Source of the DNA: Salisapilia sapeloensis CBS 127946
Lineage: Eukaryota > Protista > Oomycota
Reading direction: 5' to 3'
NCBI GenBank assembly: GCA_023334545.1
Contig: JAADVB010000134.1
Coordinates: 1 to 50,516 of the forward strand
DNA: 50,516 nucleotides
Every line of letters starts with the position of its first letter. The stretch's first letter is position 1. Below the pieces are notes generated by a model. It did not search any database. It saw only the letters and a list, made by a program, of their open reading frames with translations, and was not told where the DNA came from. This document shows, one piece after another, positions 1 to 9,214 of the stretch. The position numbers and the translations under genes were made by a program.

Positions 1-1200
1 GTTGAAAGTCTCACGCAGGCCCAAGTGGACTCGATCAACGAAGATGCTCCAGATCGAGGTACTGCGTATATCATTCTGATCTTCATCGCAAACATCGGAT
101 TAGCTCTCTCGTTTGCATCCACGAATGGTATGATGGTGGAGGTGGCCCAACGTGAGCCGGAAGCTATTCGGGGCAGGCTTCAGACGATGAATTATGTCAT
201 CAGGTATGTCTTCGACATTGCTGCCTCGTGTCTCGTTGGTTTCGGTCTGAACTCTTCCGACTTTGGTGGCAGTTTCGCTGCTGACATTGGTGTCGATGCT
301 GTCTTTGGTATCTGCGCGGCTCTTTCTGTCATAACCGCTGCTGCGGGATGGTTCTTTGTGACGGAAGAAAAGCATGAAAGGCGATCGGTTCGAAAGGAGC
401 TCGGCAAAATGTATCAACTGTTGCAACAGCGAGTGATCTATCAGATCACGATCTTCCGTTTCTTCAACAACCTCTTCCGCAGCGTCAGTGTCACTGCTAG
501 CAACCCCATCCAGAATATCTGGGCTGGGGTGGAACCTGTCAACAGCTGCGTTGCTAGCATCCTCGGATCTTTCATCGCCGCCACCAGTCTCTACGTCATC
601 CAGCGATGGGGTCTTCACTGGAACTGGCGTACGGTTATCATCGTCATGCAGGTCATGGCTGTCTCAGTCGATGTCATTCCAGTCATGTTTACAACGTGGA
701 ATGTCTTCCGAAGCCAGTGGTTCTGGCTCGGTCTTCCAATCCTTGAATACGTTCCGAACAAAATCGTTTTCATTGTAGCGATGTACTGCATGGTCGAAAT
801 CATTGATGTTGGAAATGAGGCAATGGTGTATGGACTTATCGAGTCCTGCTCAACTCTCGCGTTGCCATTCGCAACGGTCATCACTAAGGCTATCGACCAG
901 AACTTTGACATTGCCAGATCAGACCTGCAACGTGATGACACGGAAGTCCACTACCAAGTAACGTATGTCTACGTCATTTCGTACGCATTCCAACTCTGCT
1001 GTTGCGCCTTCGTCATCTTGTTACCGCGACAAAAGGCTGAGGCACGGGCGCTCAAGCGCAACGGTACGTCGAACAAGTGGATTGGTACTTTCGTTGGCCT
1101 CGCGACGATCTTCCTCTTCATCTGGTCTATCACGACCAACTTGCTGTCAATTTTCCCATCGACGGCGTGCTTGCGCCTTGCTGGTGGCAACGGTTGCTAG
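1..1200 (+). CDS. Folate-biopterin transporter-like / MFS multi-pass membrane protein (oomycete-expanded family), 5'-truncated by the window edge
   Basis: Frame 1 is open from base 1 to TAG at 1198-1200. Many hydrophobic helices, a VEVAQREPEAIRGRLQT motif, and a C-terminal TACLRLAGGNGC typical of this oomycete family. Confidence 0.75.
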   Translation, partial: VESLTQAQVDSINEDAPDRGTAYIILIFIANIGLALSFASTNGMMVEVAQREPEAIRGRLQTMNYVIRYVFDIAASCLVGFGLNSSDFGGSFAADIGVDAVFGICAALSVITAAAGWFFVTEEKHERRSVRKELGKMYQLLQQRVIYQITIFRFFNNLFRSVSVTASNPIQNIWAGVEPVNSCVASILGSFIAATSLYVIQRWGLHWNWRTVIIVMQVMAVSVDVIPVMFTTWNVFRSQWFWLGLPILEYVPNKIVFIVAMYCMVEIIDVGNEAMVYGLIESCSTLALPFATVITKAIDQNFDIARSDLQRDDTEVHYQVTYVYVISYAFQLCCCAFVILLPRQKAEARALKRNGTSNKWIGTFVGLATIFLFIWSITTNLLSIFPSTACLRLAGGNGC

Positions 1201-1684
1201 GACGCCGCATAGGTAAGTTGTAGCAAGATTATATTCCTATCAACGCGAAGGAATTTTTAGTCGCGTACTCGAACTCTGCCTTTTACATCTTTACGCAATG
1301 AGCTTTCCCTCCTCCAGAATACGTTTACCAATAATCAAGCCAATCCTTGCGAAACTACTTTCGTATATTGATCATCTTCGCTCGGAGCATACATCGACAT
1401 CTCAATGATGCGAACACTCCTATCAGAACTTCATTAGTTCCAAACTCCAAGTAGGTCTATAGCTAAAGGAACAATAGACATGTGAAGAAGATACCTTTGC
1501 ATCTTTGCGTTTACAAAACAATAATAAAAGTAAAATTTACTTAAGTCTGATACTTGTGCTCAGATACATGACAAAAAGAAAAGATAATAAACTGAAACTA
1601 TTGGGTGATTCCAACCAATCAACACAGATCCAATCGTGAGGCTAATACGCAAGTCGAGACCGACGGAACCGCAAGTGAGCAAGT

Positions 1685-2297
1685 ATGTCGGGCGCCCTGA
1701 AGCGCGTGAACCAGAACATGGATAAGACGTACCGGGAGGTCGTGTCCCGGTACATGGGTCCTACGGAGCCGTTGTCCCACAAGCAGGTGGTCACTCGGCT
1801 GTACAAGCAGTCTCTGAAGGCGCTTGAGAGCTGGGCCATCGACCGCCGTCTGTGGAACGAGGAAGCCACGAAAATCCGCGCCGAGTTTGACGCTAACAGA
1901 ACCCTCGACCCGCACTCTGGGTATTCAATCGTCTACTAGATAGGAAATATAAAGGTACTGATCAATTTATTTTGTATACAATAGACGTGCCAAGCGTTTG
2001 GTGCGGGAGACGGAGGAGAAGCTGGCCAAGTACACTCATCCGGACCGTTATGTGCTTAACTACATGCCTGGCGGATCCCTCTTCATGCGTAACGCGCCTC
2101 TTCCGCTTGATGTACGCTGCTTTTTAATTGCATAATCATGTCCATTTTGCTTATTTTGACTGATATAGGTGTGCTTCCCGGATGGCATCCCTGACGATGT
2201 CGAACTGTCGCCGTTGGAGGCTGTAAACATCGACATGAGCCCCGTGCCAGCCAAGAAGGGTGTCTTTGTGGACTTTTCCAAGAAGGGATACGACTAA
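1685..2297 (+). CDS. NDUFB9: NADH dehydrogenase 1 beta subcomplex subunit 9 (B22, LYR family), 3 exons
   Basis: LYR-like VTRLYKQSLK. Splicing GT-AG introns 1921-1984 and 2112-2168 gives HPDRYVLNYMPGGSLFMRNAPLP, matching the NDUFB9 HPDPY..PGGS.Y.RN motif. Stop TAA at 2295-2297. Confidence 0.9.
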
Positions 2298-2350
2298 ACA
2301 CGTTTGTTTGTCTTCGAATGGCAATAAAAATGGATTTCCTACTGATTTTC

Positions 2351-2985
2351 CTAGTTCGGATCTAAATGATCGCATATCTTTGACTTGGTGACAGCAGTGT
2401 TGAGGCCATAATCGCGATAGTGAAAGCCATTGAACGATGCTGTGAACTTGTTCGGGATGCCTCGACGCTCAGTTTCCACTTTCAGCTGTGCCTTCTCTGT
2501 ACCGATCTCTCGGTTGCTGTTTGCTGCTTTTAGTATTTACAAGTAGAATGTAGGAGTGTACTGGTTTACCTGGTAGCGTAGAGAGGATGTTCTTCTCGAG
2601 CTTTGGCAATGGCTTGGACATCGATATCCTCTGGCAAAAGCTGCTCGGGCGACAGAAGACAGTCTTGAGGGTTCACGACGTCTCGCTCTCGTAGCTGTGC
2701 CAAGTTCGTACCAGCCGCCTCGTCTGTGACTCGTTTCTTGTCCATGCGTTGACTGAGTTTCGAGGGAGCCGTGGACAGTCCATCGCCAAAGGATGAGGAT
2801 GATGTCTTGTAAGTAAGGTCAGTCGTGGATGAACTTTGGTTTTGAGACAGGACTGGCTTGGCAAGTTTCGGCGCGTCAAAGACATAGGGTTCCTGGAGGT
2901 TGATACCGATGCTGCTGGACGTTGTTGTCATGAAGGGATTTGTCGTCCGACGGTTCTGGGGGACCGACGAGCCTCGCGACACCAT
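2351..2985 (-). CDS. PIERCE1/2-like (C9orf116/DUF4490) axonemal microtubule inner protein with a Ser/Thr-rich N-terminal extension, 2 exons
   Basis: Splicing intron 2569-2517 gives HPLYATSNREIG...PNKFTASFNGFHYRDYGLNTAVTKSKI. This parallels the PIERCE pattern YRTSN..YG...NKFS...G.FRN..LN....KS. The start codon is uncertain. Confidence 0.7.
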
Positions 2986-3129
2986 GATGTAGAGGCAGCT
3001 GATGGGGAAATGAGCAAGTAACGGTGGTACACAAAGTAGATCAAACGTCATGAAGATCTTATCATTTATAAATATACCACATATGAAATTCAACGGCTCC
3101 TATTCGCTAAAAATACTTTATTCGGAGAC

Positions 3130-3142
3130 TGATTGGATAAAA
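3130..3142 (-). promoter_or_regulatory. CCAAT box (TTTTATCCAATCA) upstream of the PIERCE-like gene
   Basis: An identical 13-mer occurs at 9106-9118, also about 150 nt upstream of a minus-strand start codon. Confidence 0.5.
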
Positions 3143-3239
3143 GACGTGCCGACACTTCCTACAGTAGCGTGAGGAGGTACTTCGATGATCGTGCTGGAAA
3201 TGTCGAATAGTACTGAGAAGAGTAGCATGATCTCTGCTA

Positions 3240-3878
3240 ATGGAAGGCATGCTTGACTCGCCAAGCAACGTACTGTACAAAGAAGCTCTTATGCTAATTG
3301 TAGAGTGGTATCTTGGGTATCAACAAGAGGCTTTTTGTATGCGATACCTTCACGTTAGGCTTTGCAGCGCCAATTAGCAGGTACAAGTCGACCACGTACC
3401 TGATTTTGACGCACAGGTTGCAGTGAAAGGTATTAGAAACAGCAACATGACCGGGGAGATCGACATGACCGGGTCAACTGCCGCGGAGAGCCACATAGGC
3501 CGATATCTTTGTCTGGTTTCTGTCCTCTACGTCATATCGATGCTACGAAGGTTAAAGGCGAATGCTCTTTTACAACGCCACGAAAGTGCTGGAGTGAAGG
3601 GAAAAAGCTTCGAGCTAAGCGGGGCCTCCGATCCACAAATCATATTCGAATTTGCGGACGAGGACGTATCGAGGCAATTCAAACGGAAGATATGGACGAG
3701 TCTTTGTGTGATCAACTGCCTACGCAGGAGTCGATTTGGAGAGGGCTTTGGGTCGTCTTGGGCCTCACCTCTGTCATCGCGTGCAAGTCCGAGTGGCTCC
3801 ACGGCTTTGTCGGCCATGGTAAAGGCAAGCGCGATGCCTCTGTCGACCACATGCCCCTTGCCAAGCTCCTCCAGCTAG
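3240..3878 (+). CDS. Possible small upstream gene (PH-fold-like pattern) overlapping the 5' end of the reductase in another frame
   Basis: Tentative splicing of short introns 3270-3303 and ~3337-3380 joins MEGMLDSPSN / SGILGINKRLF / VQVDHV...GEIDMTG...SFELSG...IIFEFADEDVSRQFKRKI. These introns are shorter than typical here and the model is hand-built. Confidence 0.25.
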
Positions 3879-4585
3879 ACATTCCTAAAAGTACTTGGAA
3901 ATGGTTCTACTTCACGGGGTCCGTTGAGAACTGGCTGCTCGTGGCCGGCATGCTGAACACGGTCAACTTTGGATTTGTCGACTCTGCTCTTACCACGAGC
4001 TGCCCCAAGCTCAACCAGAACGACAATGACACGATGCTAACTGTCAACCTTCCTACGACCATCGCGGTCATCATCTACACCTGCCACGTTACCCGTAGAC
4101 TTTTGGAAAGCTTCTTGATTACTTCTTTCGGTGACTCCAAGATGCACGTTGGTGTGTTCATCCTGGGTGTCCTCCACTACATGAGCGTCCCCCTGTCGAT
4201 TCTCGCGGACTCGAACGCATCGCAAGACGAGCCGGTCAGCTACTCGCTCTACGTTGGCGCGTTCCTATTCCTCTACGCTTCGTTCCGTCAGTACAAGTGC
4301 AACACGTTGCTGGCGAAACAAAAGGTCGAGGCTGGCGGCAAGTACGTCGTCCCCAAGGGTGACTGGTTCGACTACGTCCGTTGCCCGCTCTACTCTGCGG
4401 AAATCCTGCTCTACATTTCCATGAGCCTCATGCTCCCTGGTAACTTTAGCATGCACTTGTGCATGGCTTGGGTGTTTGCCAACCAGATCATGTGTGCCTT
4501 GTACGGCAATGTATGGTATGAAGAAAAGTTCCGTGAAAAGCTACCAGAAATGGCCAAGTGGGTGCTCATCCCTGGCATTTGGTAA
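3692..4585 (+). CDS. Polyprenol reductase / steroid 5-alpha-reductase family (SRD5A3/DFG10-like)
   Basis: GHGK after TM1, PKSTWKWFY, HVTRRLLES, MHVGVFILGVLHY, YVVPKGDWFDYVRCPLYSAEILLY and WVLIPGIW at the C-terminus. Start placed at ATG 3692, just before TM1; the ORF-track start at 3509 is a TTG. Confidence 0.88.
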   Translation: MDESLCDQLPTQESIWRGLWVVLGLTSVIACKSEWLHGFVGHGKGKRDASVDHMPLAKLLQLDIPKSTWKWFYFTGSVENWLLVAGMLNTVNFGFVDSALTTSCPKLNQNDNDTMLTVNLPTTIAVIIYTCHVTRRLLESFLITSFGDSKMHVGVFILGVLHYMSVPLSILADSNASQDEPVSYSLYVGAFLFLYASFRQYKCNTLLAKQKVEAGGKYVVPKGDWFDYVRCPLYSAEILLYISMSLMLPGNFSMHLCMAWVFANQIMCALYGNVWYEEKFREKLPEMAKWVLIPGIW

Positions 4586-4602
4586 AAAGCGTAATAGAGC
4601 AA

Positions 4603-5337
4603 TTACTCTTGTTTCCCTTTCTTTACGTCTGGTGATGCGCCGCCATCATCCGTACTCGCATCGCTATCTTCTCTTTCTTTTCTTTTTTCTCCTACCGTTT
4701 CTCTTTCTTCTTCTTTTGTTTCTTCCGTCGGGGGCATCGGAGGCCCTTCCTCTCCCTCGCTTTCTTCCGATTCTTCCAATTCTTCTTCTTTGCTAGCCCA
4801 CACCTGGTCGTCCATGCCTTTCCCTGCTTTCTCCCGCGCCACTTGAATCCGAGCAAGGTGTTGACCGTACTTGTTGCCGAAAATGTTGTCGTAGCCACCT
4901 GGACCGGAAGCACAGCCGCGGCAACCACTGTGTCGCTCTTGCACGACCGTGTCTTGGGATAACTGGTGCTTTGGCACGCGGCAGATACTCACTGTGCCGT
5001 AGTTGTAGTTCTTTGGATTGATGGCAAAGGTGCTACAAAGTCTTTCGTAGCCAGGTTTTTTCCACTTGGCAATCAGACTAGCGTCAATGAGCTTTTGCTT
5101 GATGCAGTAGTCATACACCTCACGCGAAATGCGCTTGTACTTGTAAAACATGTCATAGACGTATCGCGAGCGCTGCCAATTAATCTGCTGCACGGGCCAT
5201 AGTGACTCGCACTTTCGCTTCCCTTCATGCGGCTCATTCATACGCTCACGCAGTTCACTCTCGAGCGCATCCATGACCGGTTGGATGTACTCATAGCCTG
5301 GGGGCGGTCGTTTGGCCTTGCGATTCCAGCGAGACAT
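4603..5337 (-). CDS. BUD31: BUD31/G10 spliceosomal protein homolog with a degenerate zinc cluster and an acidic/basic C-terminal extension
   Basis: PPPGYEYIQP, EPHEGKRKCESLWP, RSRYVYDMFYK, LIAKWKKPGYERLC, ICRVPK and GCRGC motifs. Intronless. Confidence 0.88.
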   Translation of the reverse strand: MSRWNRKAKRPPPGYEYIQPVMDALESELRERMNEPHEGKRKCESLWPVQQINWQRSRYVYDMFYKYKRISREVYDYCIKQKLIDASLIAKWKKPGYERLCSTFAINPKNYNYGTVSICRVPKHQLSQDTVVQERHSGCRGCASGPGGYDNIFGNKYGQHLARIQVAREKAGKGMDDQVWASKEEELEESEESEGEEGPPMPPTEETKEEERETVGEKRKEREDSDASTDDGGASPDVKKGKQE

Positions 5338-5423
5338 TTTTTCTTTTTCTTTTGTTTGGTGTCGAATTTATCTGAAATATCGCACTTAACAGTACTCGAC
5401 ACCTTTCAAACCCAATCAAGGCG

Positions 5424-5762
5424 ATGGCGACGACGGTGGGGGTACCCGTAGCGCTGCTGCATGAAGGAGAAGGTCGGAATGTGACAGTGGAGCTGAAGAA
5501 CGGAGAGATTTATAGAGGCCATTTAGAGGACAGCGAAGACAGCATGAACTGCCAGCTGAGCAACGTCGTGCTGACGCAACGAGACGGTCAGAAATCCAAA
5601 CTGGAGCTCGTGTACGTCCGCGGCAGTCAGATCAAACTCGTTATATTGCCGGATATTTTGAAGAACTCGCCTCTTCTGTCCAAGGTCCAGGCTTTGAAGA
5701 AGCCGGAGGAGAAAGCAGGTAAAAAGCCACAGGGGCGAGGCAAGAAGCGAAACAAAAAGTAA
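5424..5762 (+). CDS. SNRPD3: Small nuclear ribonucleoprotein Sm D3
   Basis: VGVPVALLHEGEG.NVTVELKNGEIYRGHL...EDSMNCQL...LELVYVRGSQIKLVILPDILKNSPL. Confidence 0.95.
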   Translation: MATTVGVPVALLHEGEGRNVTVELKNGEIYRGHLEDSEDSMNCQLSNVVLTQRDGQKSKLELVYVRGSQIKLVILPDILKNSPLLSKVQALKKPEEKAGKKPQGRGKKRNKK

Positions 5763-5860
5763 AGAAAAGATTATTTTGCTTTCTTTTTGAACAATTTCTT
5801 TCTTTGGTTCATAACTACGAGAACTTTGCTTGGCCTACCTGGATTCCATATTAGCTGCAA

Positions 5861-6208
5861 TTACAGACAGCACAGCGGAAGAAGGAGTGCGAATGGGAGT
5901 AGCATGAGAGCAATGGGTAGTGAGAGTCCGCAGGTGCAGACACTGATGAGCACACATGTGAAGATGATCATCCAGAGTGTGATGGAAATACTGAAGCAAC
6001 CGCCACGAAGACGGTGGCTGGCAGATAGCGTTGCATGGTTGTTCACGTTATAGTCCTGGATAGTTCGTGTTGATTGCAATGGCTTGCCTCCGTATTGCAA
6101 GAATGTATCTTGGTCATCCAGCAGCTCCATGACATGCTTGATGAGCGTCTCGGGTTCCACCGTCACGGTCGTCGTCGCGCCAGTATCGTTTCGAATAAAG
6201 AGCTGCAT
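5861..6208 (-). CDS. Ubiquitin-like domain (70 aa, ending LRGG) fused to a 45-aa Cys-rich hydrophobic tail
   Basis: MQLFIRNDTG...GGKPLQSTRTIQDYNV...HRLRGG aligns with ubiquitin. It is followed by CFSISITLWMIIFTCVLISVCTCGLSLPIALMLLPFALLLPLCCL and a stop. ATG at 6208-6206. Confidence 0.8.
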   Translation of the reverse strand: MQLFIRNDTGATTTVTVEPETLIKHVMELLDDQDTFLQYGGKPLQSTRTIQDYNVNNHATLSASHRLRGGCFSISITLWMIIFTCVLISVCTCGLSLPIALMLLPFALLLPLCCL

Positions 6209-6449
6209 CGTGCGATTGGTCACTCAAAGGATTTGTTGGAAATGAACAGTGAGGGATAAAAGCATCTTCCGACGTCCAGATCGAAGTGTATTTATCAGAT
6301 CAACGCGTCATTTCTGAATTGAGTGTTTTCTCAGATTCGCATATCGTTTGTTGGCTTGATTGGTTTATCAGATCTGACTAGGCATATGATTGGACCGTGG
6401 CAACCTGTATCATATTTGGTCGAGTACCATCCACTTGGACTTGGTCGTG

Positions 6450-7402
6450 ATGGCATCGATGTCTACCCCTTCGCGCGATGAACTCAAGGAAAGCTTGCTG
6501 GACTTGACGCAGCCCATGGGCAAACGCACCCGGGCGGTGTTCTATTTGCGCACGAAAGGCGGCAAAGAAGACTTGCAGATTTTATTGCAAGGTGCGAAAG
6601 ACTGATAGAAACATGCATGAACAAATGTATTGACTTTGTATGGATAGCTTTGTCGAACAAGCAGGATTCGGAGCTGATGCGGCATGAACTCGCCTACGTT
6701 ATCGGTCAGTTTCAGGATGCCGATGCATGTGAACCACTGGAGAAGATTGTATCGGACGAAAGCGATGAATGCATGGTGCGTCACGAAGCGGCAGAGGCCC
6801 TCGGCGCCATCGGCAGCGAGCATTCGCTTGATGTTTTAGAAAAATTTCAATCCCACTCGGCGCCAGAAATTGCCGAAACGTGCCAACTGGCTCTTCGACT
6901 CATCAAGTACAAGGTCGACATTGCCAACGGCAACGTTGCTGAGTCGGATCATGACAAGAACCCGTACTTGTCAGTCGACCCGGCACCGGCTGCGGAAGCG
7001 GATGTACCCACCAGCACGTTGAAGGCAACGTTGCTGGACGCTGAGAAGTCGCTTTTCGAACGCTATCGCGCTATGTTCTCGCTGCGCAATCGAAACTCGG
7101 AGGAAGCTGCGTTGGCATTGGGCGAGGCGTTTGCCGACTCCAGTGCCTTGTTCCGCCACGAGATTGCCTACGTGATGGGCCAGATGGAGAACCCGGCGAC
7201 TGTGCCTGCGTTACGGAAAGTTTTGGATGATTTGTCGGAGCACCGAATGGTTCGACATGAAGCGGCAGAGGCGCTGGGTGCGATTGGAACGCCGGAATGT
7301 CAAAAATTGTTGCATTCGTATTTGCAGGACAAAGAGCAGGTCGTTCGAGAAAGCTGTGAAGTCGCTTTAGATGCCATGGATTACTGGGCAAACGAGCAAT
7401 AA
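6450..7402 (+). CDS. DOHH: Deoxyhypusine hydroxylase, 2 exons
   Basis: Four HE metal-binding motifs (RHELAY, RHEAAEALG, RHEIAY, RHEAAEALG) and YLSVDPAP. GT-AG intron 6592-6647. Confidence 0.95.
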
Positions 7403-7470
7403 AGACATGTTTTCGTACAAACCTTTTTGTTGTTAATGTAGAAAGCAAATGTACTTTTACTAAGTTTGGA

Positions 7471-8955
7471 TCACTCGACAACTTGGCCCGAGGCTCGATT
7501 CACGGTGCTTTCGACGGCACTGCATCTCGGTCCTTGGCTGACGTGAAGAGAGCCTCTGTAGGTGCCACTGGCAAATGAGTTGGCTGGCGTCCCTCGCTGC
7601 TCTCTCGTGCAAATGTAATGACCGGGTAGGCCATTGGTAGGAATGAGGTAGCCCAAGGTCACTGTTCGTCTAGGACCTTGTCGGATGCTTGGCAGTCCGT
7701 CGACCGGCATGACGGGGTCGATTTGGAAACTTTCGTCGTTGGAGACAAGTACGATTTCAAGGTTAAACATGCTGGCGGCAGCATAGATCTCATTGATCGT
7801 TGCCTGTTCATCCGGAGTATCCCGGAACGTTTCGAACCGATCTTTTAATTCGTCCGGTTCCTGCAGCAAGAACTTTGCCAATACATCGACGTGCTCCAGT
7901 GCGTACTCCATAAGTTTCGTTCGTAGGTTTCTGGCAGCAGCGACACGACGAGGAGCCATGCTGTCGCCAACATTCACTGCCATCATTGCCGTCGTATATC
8001 CATCTTCGGGTTTCAGACACTGCAACGGGTACATTTCATAGACGATACAATGCAAGAAGCAGGATCCATCCGGCGGCATACTGACGCCTACAAGTCCAAA
8101 ACGGCCTAACTGAACTTCCATGTTCGCGCGTTGAAGATCCTGTTCAGGCGACAGGGCAGCCGGCGCAGAGCTTATCCGTCCCAGTAGATTACTATCTGAC
8201 ACACTCGACCGAACGGACATGAGCGGCGCGGAGTGTGGTCCTAATGACGCACCGACGAAACTGGATTGGGAGGACGCTCGATAGAATGACTGAGATCCTC
8301 GGAAACCAGTGCCAGACCATCGATAGTCCTGAGAAACACTACTACTAAACGAAGACATGGTGGAGAAGGATGAGACGGACCGGAAGTCGTCATCGTCATC
8401 CCCCATCACGCTCTGTGTTGCCCTTAGGTTATTCGCCGAATTCCGCGTTGCCTGCATCGCGACCTCAGGGGTTGCTAGTTTGGATACAGATGGTCGAAGC
8501 GACGCGTTTTGCGCTTCATAACTAGCATTGGCACCAAACCCATTGTGGAAGCCGACGAACGCTCGGAGCGTCTGACTCTGTACCGAGTGCACGTGAAAGG
8601 AAACGAGCGCAGGGTTGCGCGTAACCATTTTCAAGTACGTGTCCAGCTCGTGCTGCCTCGAGGTAATAAAGTCCTCGTTCAAGTGCGTCCGGAAGAGGAC
8701 ACGCCGGCGGTGTAGAGGTGGAAATTGGATACCCTTCATGTGTGTCGAGTGTTTCTGTCGGAGCTGCTCATCGAGCTTGCGGAAGGACGTAAAGGATCGC
8801 CAGATGTGCCAGCTCGTACTCGCTGTGGCGTGGGCTCGGGACGAGTAAAAGGAGAGTCGCGTGACGACCTTGTATTCAGCCTTCTTATTCCCGATACGAT
8901 AGCCATCGACACTGATCGAGCAGTCATAGTCGCCTTGTATCTCTTCAGGTGTCAT
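7471..8955 (-). CDS. PX domain + OTU-family deubiquitinase domain protein
   Basis: N-terminal PX pattern (AEYKV...WHIWRSFTSFRKLDEQL...FPP...FITSRQHELDTYL), a Ser-rich linker, then the OTU Cys box MPPDGSCFLHC and His box GHY. Intronless 494-aa ORF. Confidence 0.75.
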   Translation of the reverse strand: MTPEEIQGDYDCSISVDGYRIGNKKAEYKVVTRLSFYSSRAHATASTSWHIWRSFTSFRKLDEQLRQKHSTHMKGIQFPPLHRRRVLFRTHLNEDFITSRQHELDTYLKMVTRNPALVSFHVHSVQSQTLRAFVGFHNGFGANASYEAQNASLRPSVSKLATPEVAMQATRNSANNLRATQSVMGDDDDDFRSVSSFSTMSSFSSSVSQDYRWSGTGFRGSQSFYRASSQSSFVGASLGPHSAPLMSVRSSVSDSNLLGRISSAPAALSPEQDLQRANMEVQLGRFGLVGVSMPPDGSCFLHCIVYEMYPLQCLKPEDGYTTAMMAVNVGDSMAPRRVAAARNLRTKLMEYALEHVDVLAKFLLQEPDELKDRFETFRDTPDEQATINEIYAAASMFNLEIVLVSNDESFQIDPVMPVDGLPSIRQGPRRTVTLGYLIPTNGLPGHYICTREQRGTPANSFASGTYRGSLHVSQGPRCSAVESTVNRASGQVVE

Positions 8956-9105
8956 GGCCGCACCGTTCGACGATCTGAAGTGGCGATTATGCGGCCGCTG
9001 GCGGGATGCCGGGTAACTTCGGTAGTATCAGTCACGCTGTCTCCAAACGAACAACTTGCTTTTTGTATATCCGGAGCATCGAAAAGCAACCCTCATACAG
9101 CACTT

Positions 9106-9118
9106 TGATTGGATAAAA
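9106..9118 (-). promoter_or_regulatory. CCAAT box (TTTTATCCAATCA) upstream of the PX-OTU gene
   Basis: Identical to 3130-3142. CCAATCA/TGATTGG cores also occur at 1615, 5412, 6357 and 6387, all in short upstream spacers. Confidence 0.5.
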
Positions 9119-9214
9119 TAGACTCGGATTAAATATGTTTAGATTAATTTAGGACGCGGACCGGGTTTTGCGATGCAGAGGCAAGCGGAAGCGGATAAGT
9201 TGATAGAACGCAGT

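Noticed and set aside
1210-1680. Short spliceable minus-strand frames between the FBT gene and NDUFB9
   Set aside because: No consistent start-to-stop model or recognisable motif; compatible with ordinary UTR or promoter DNA.
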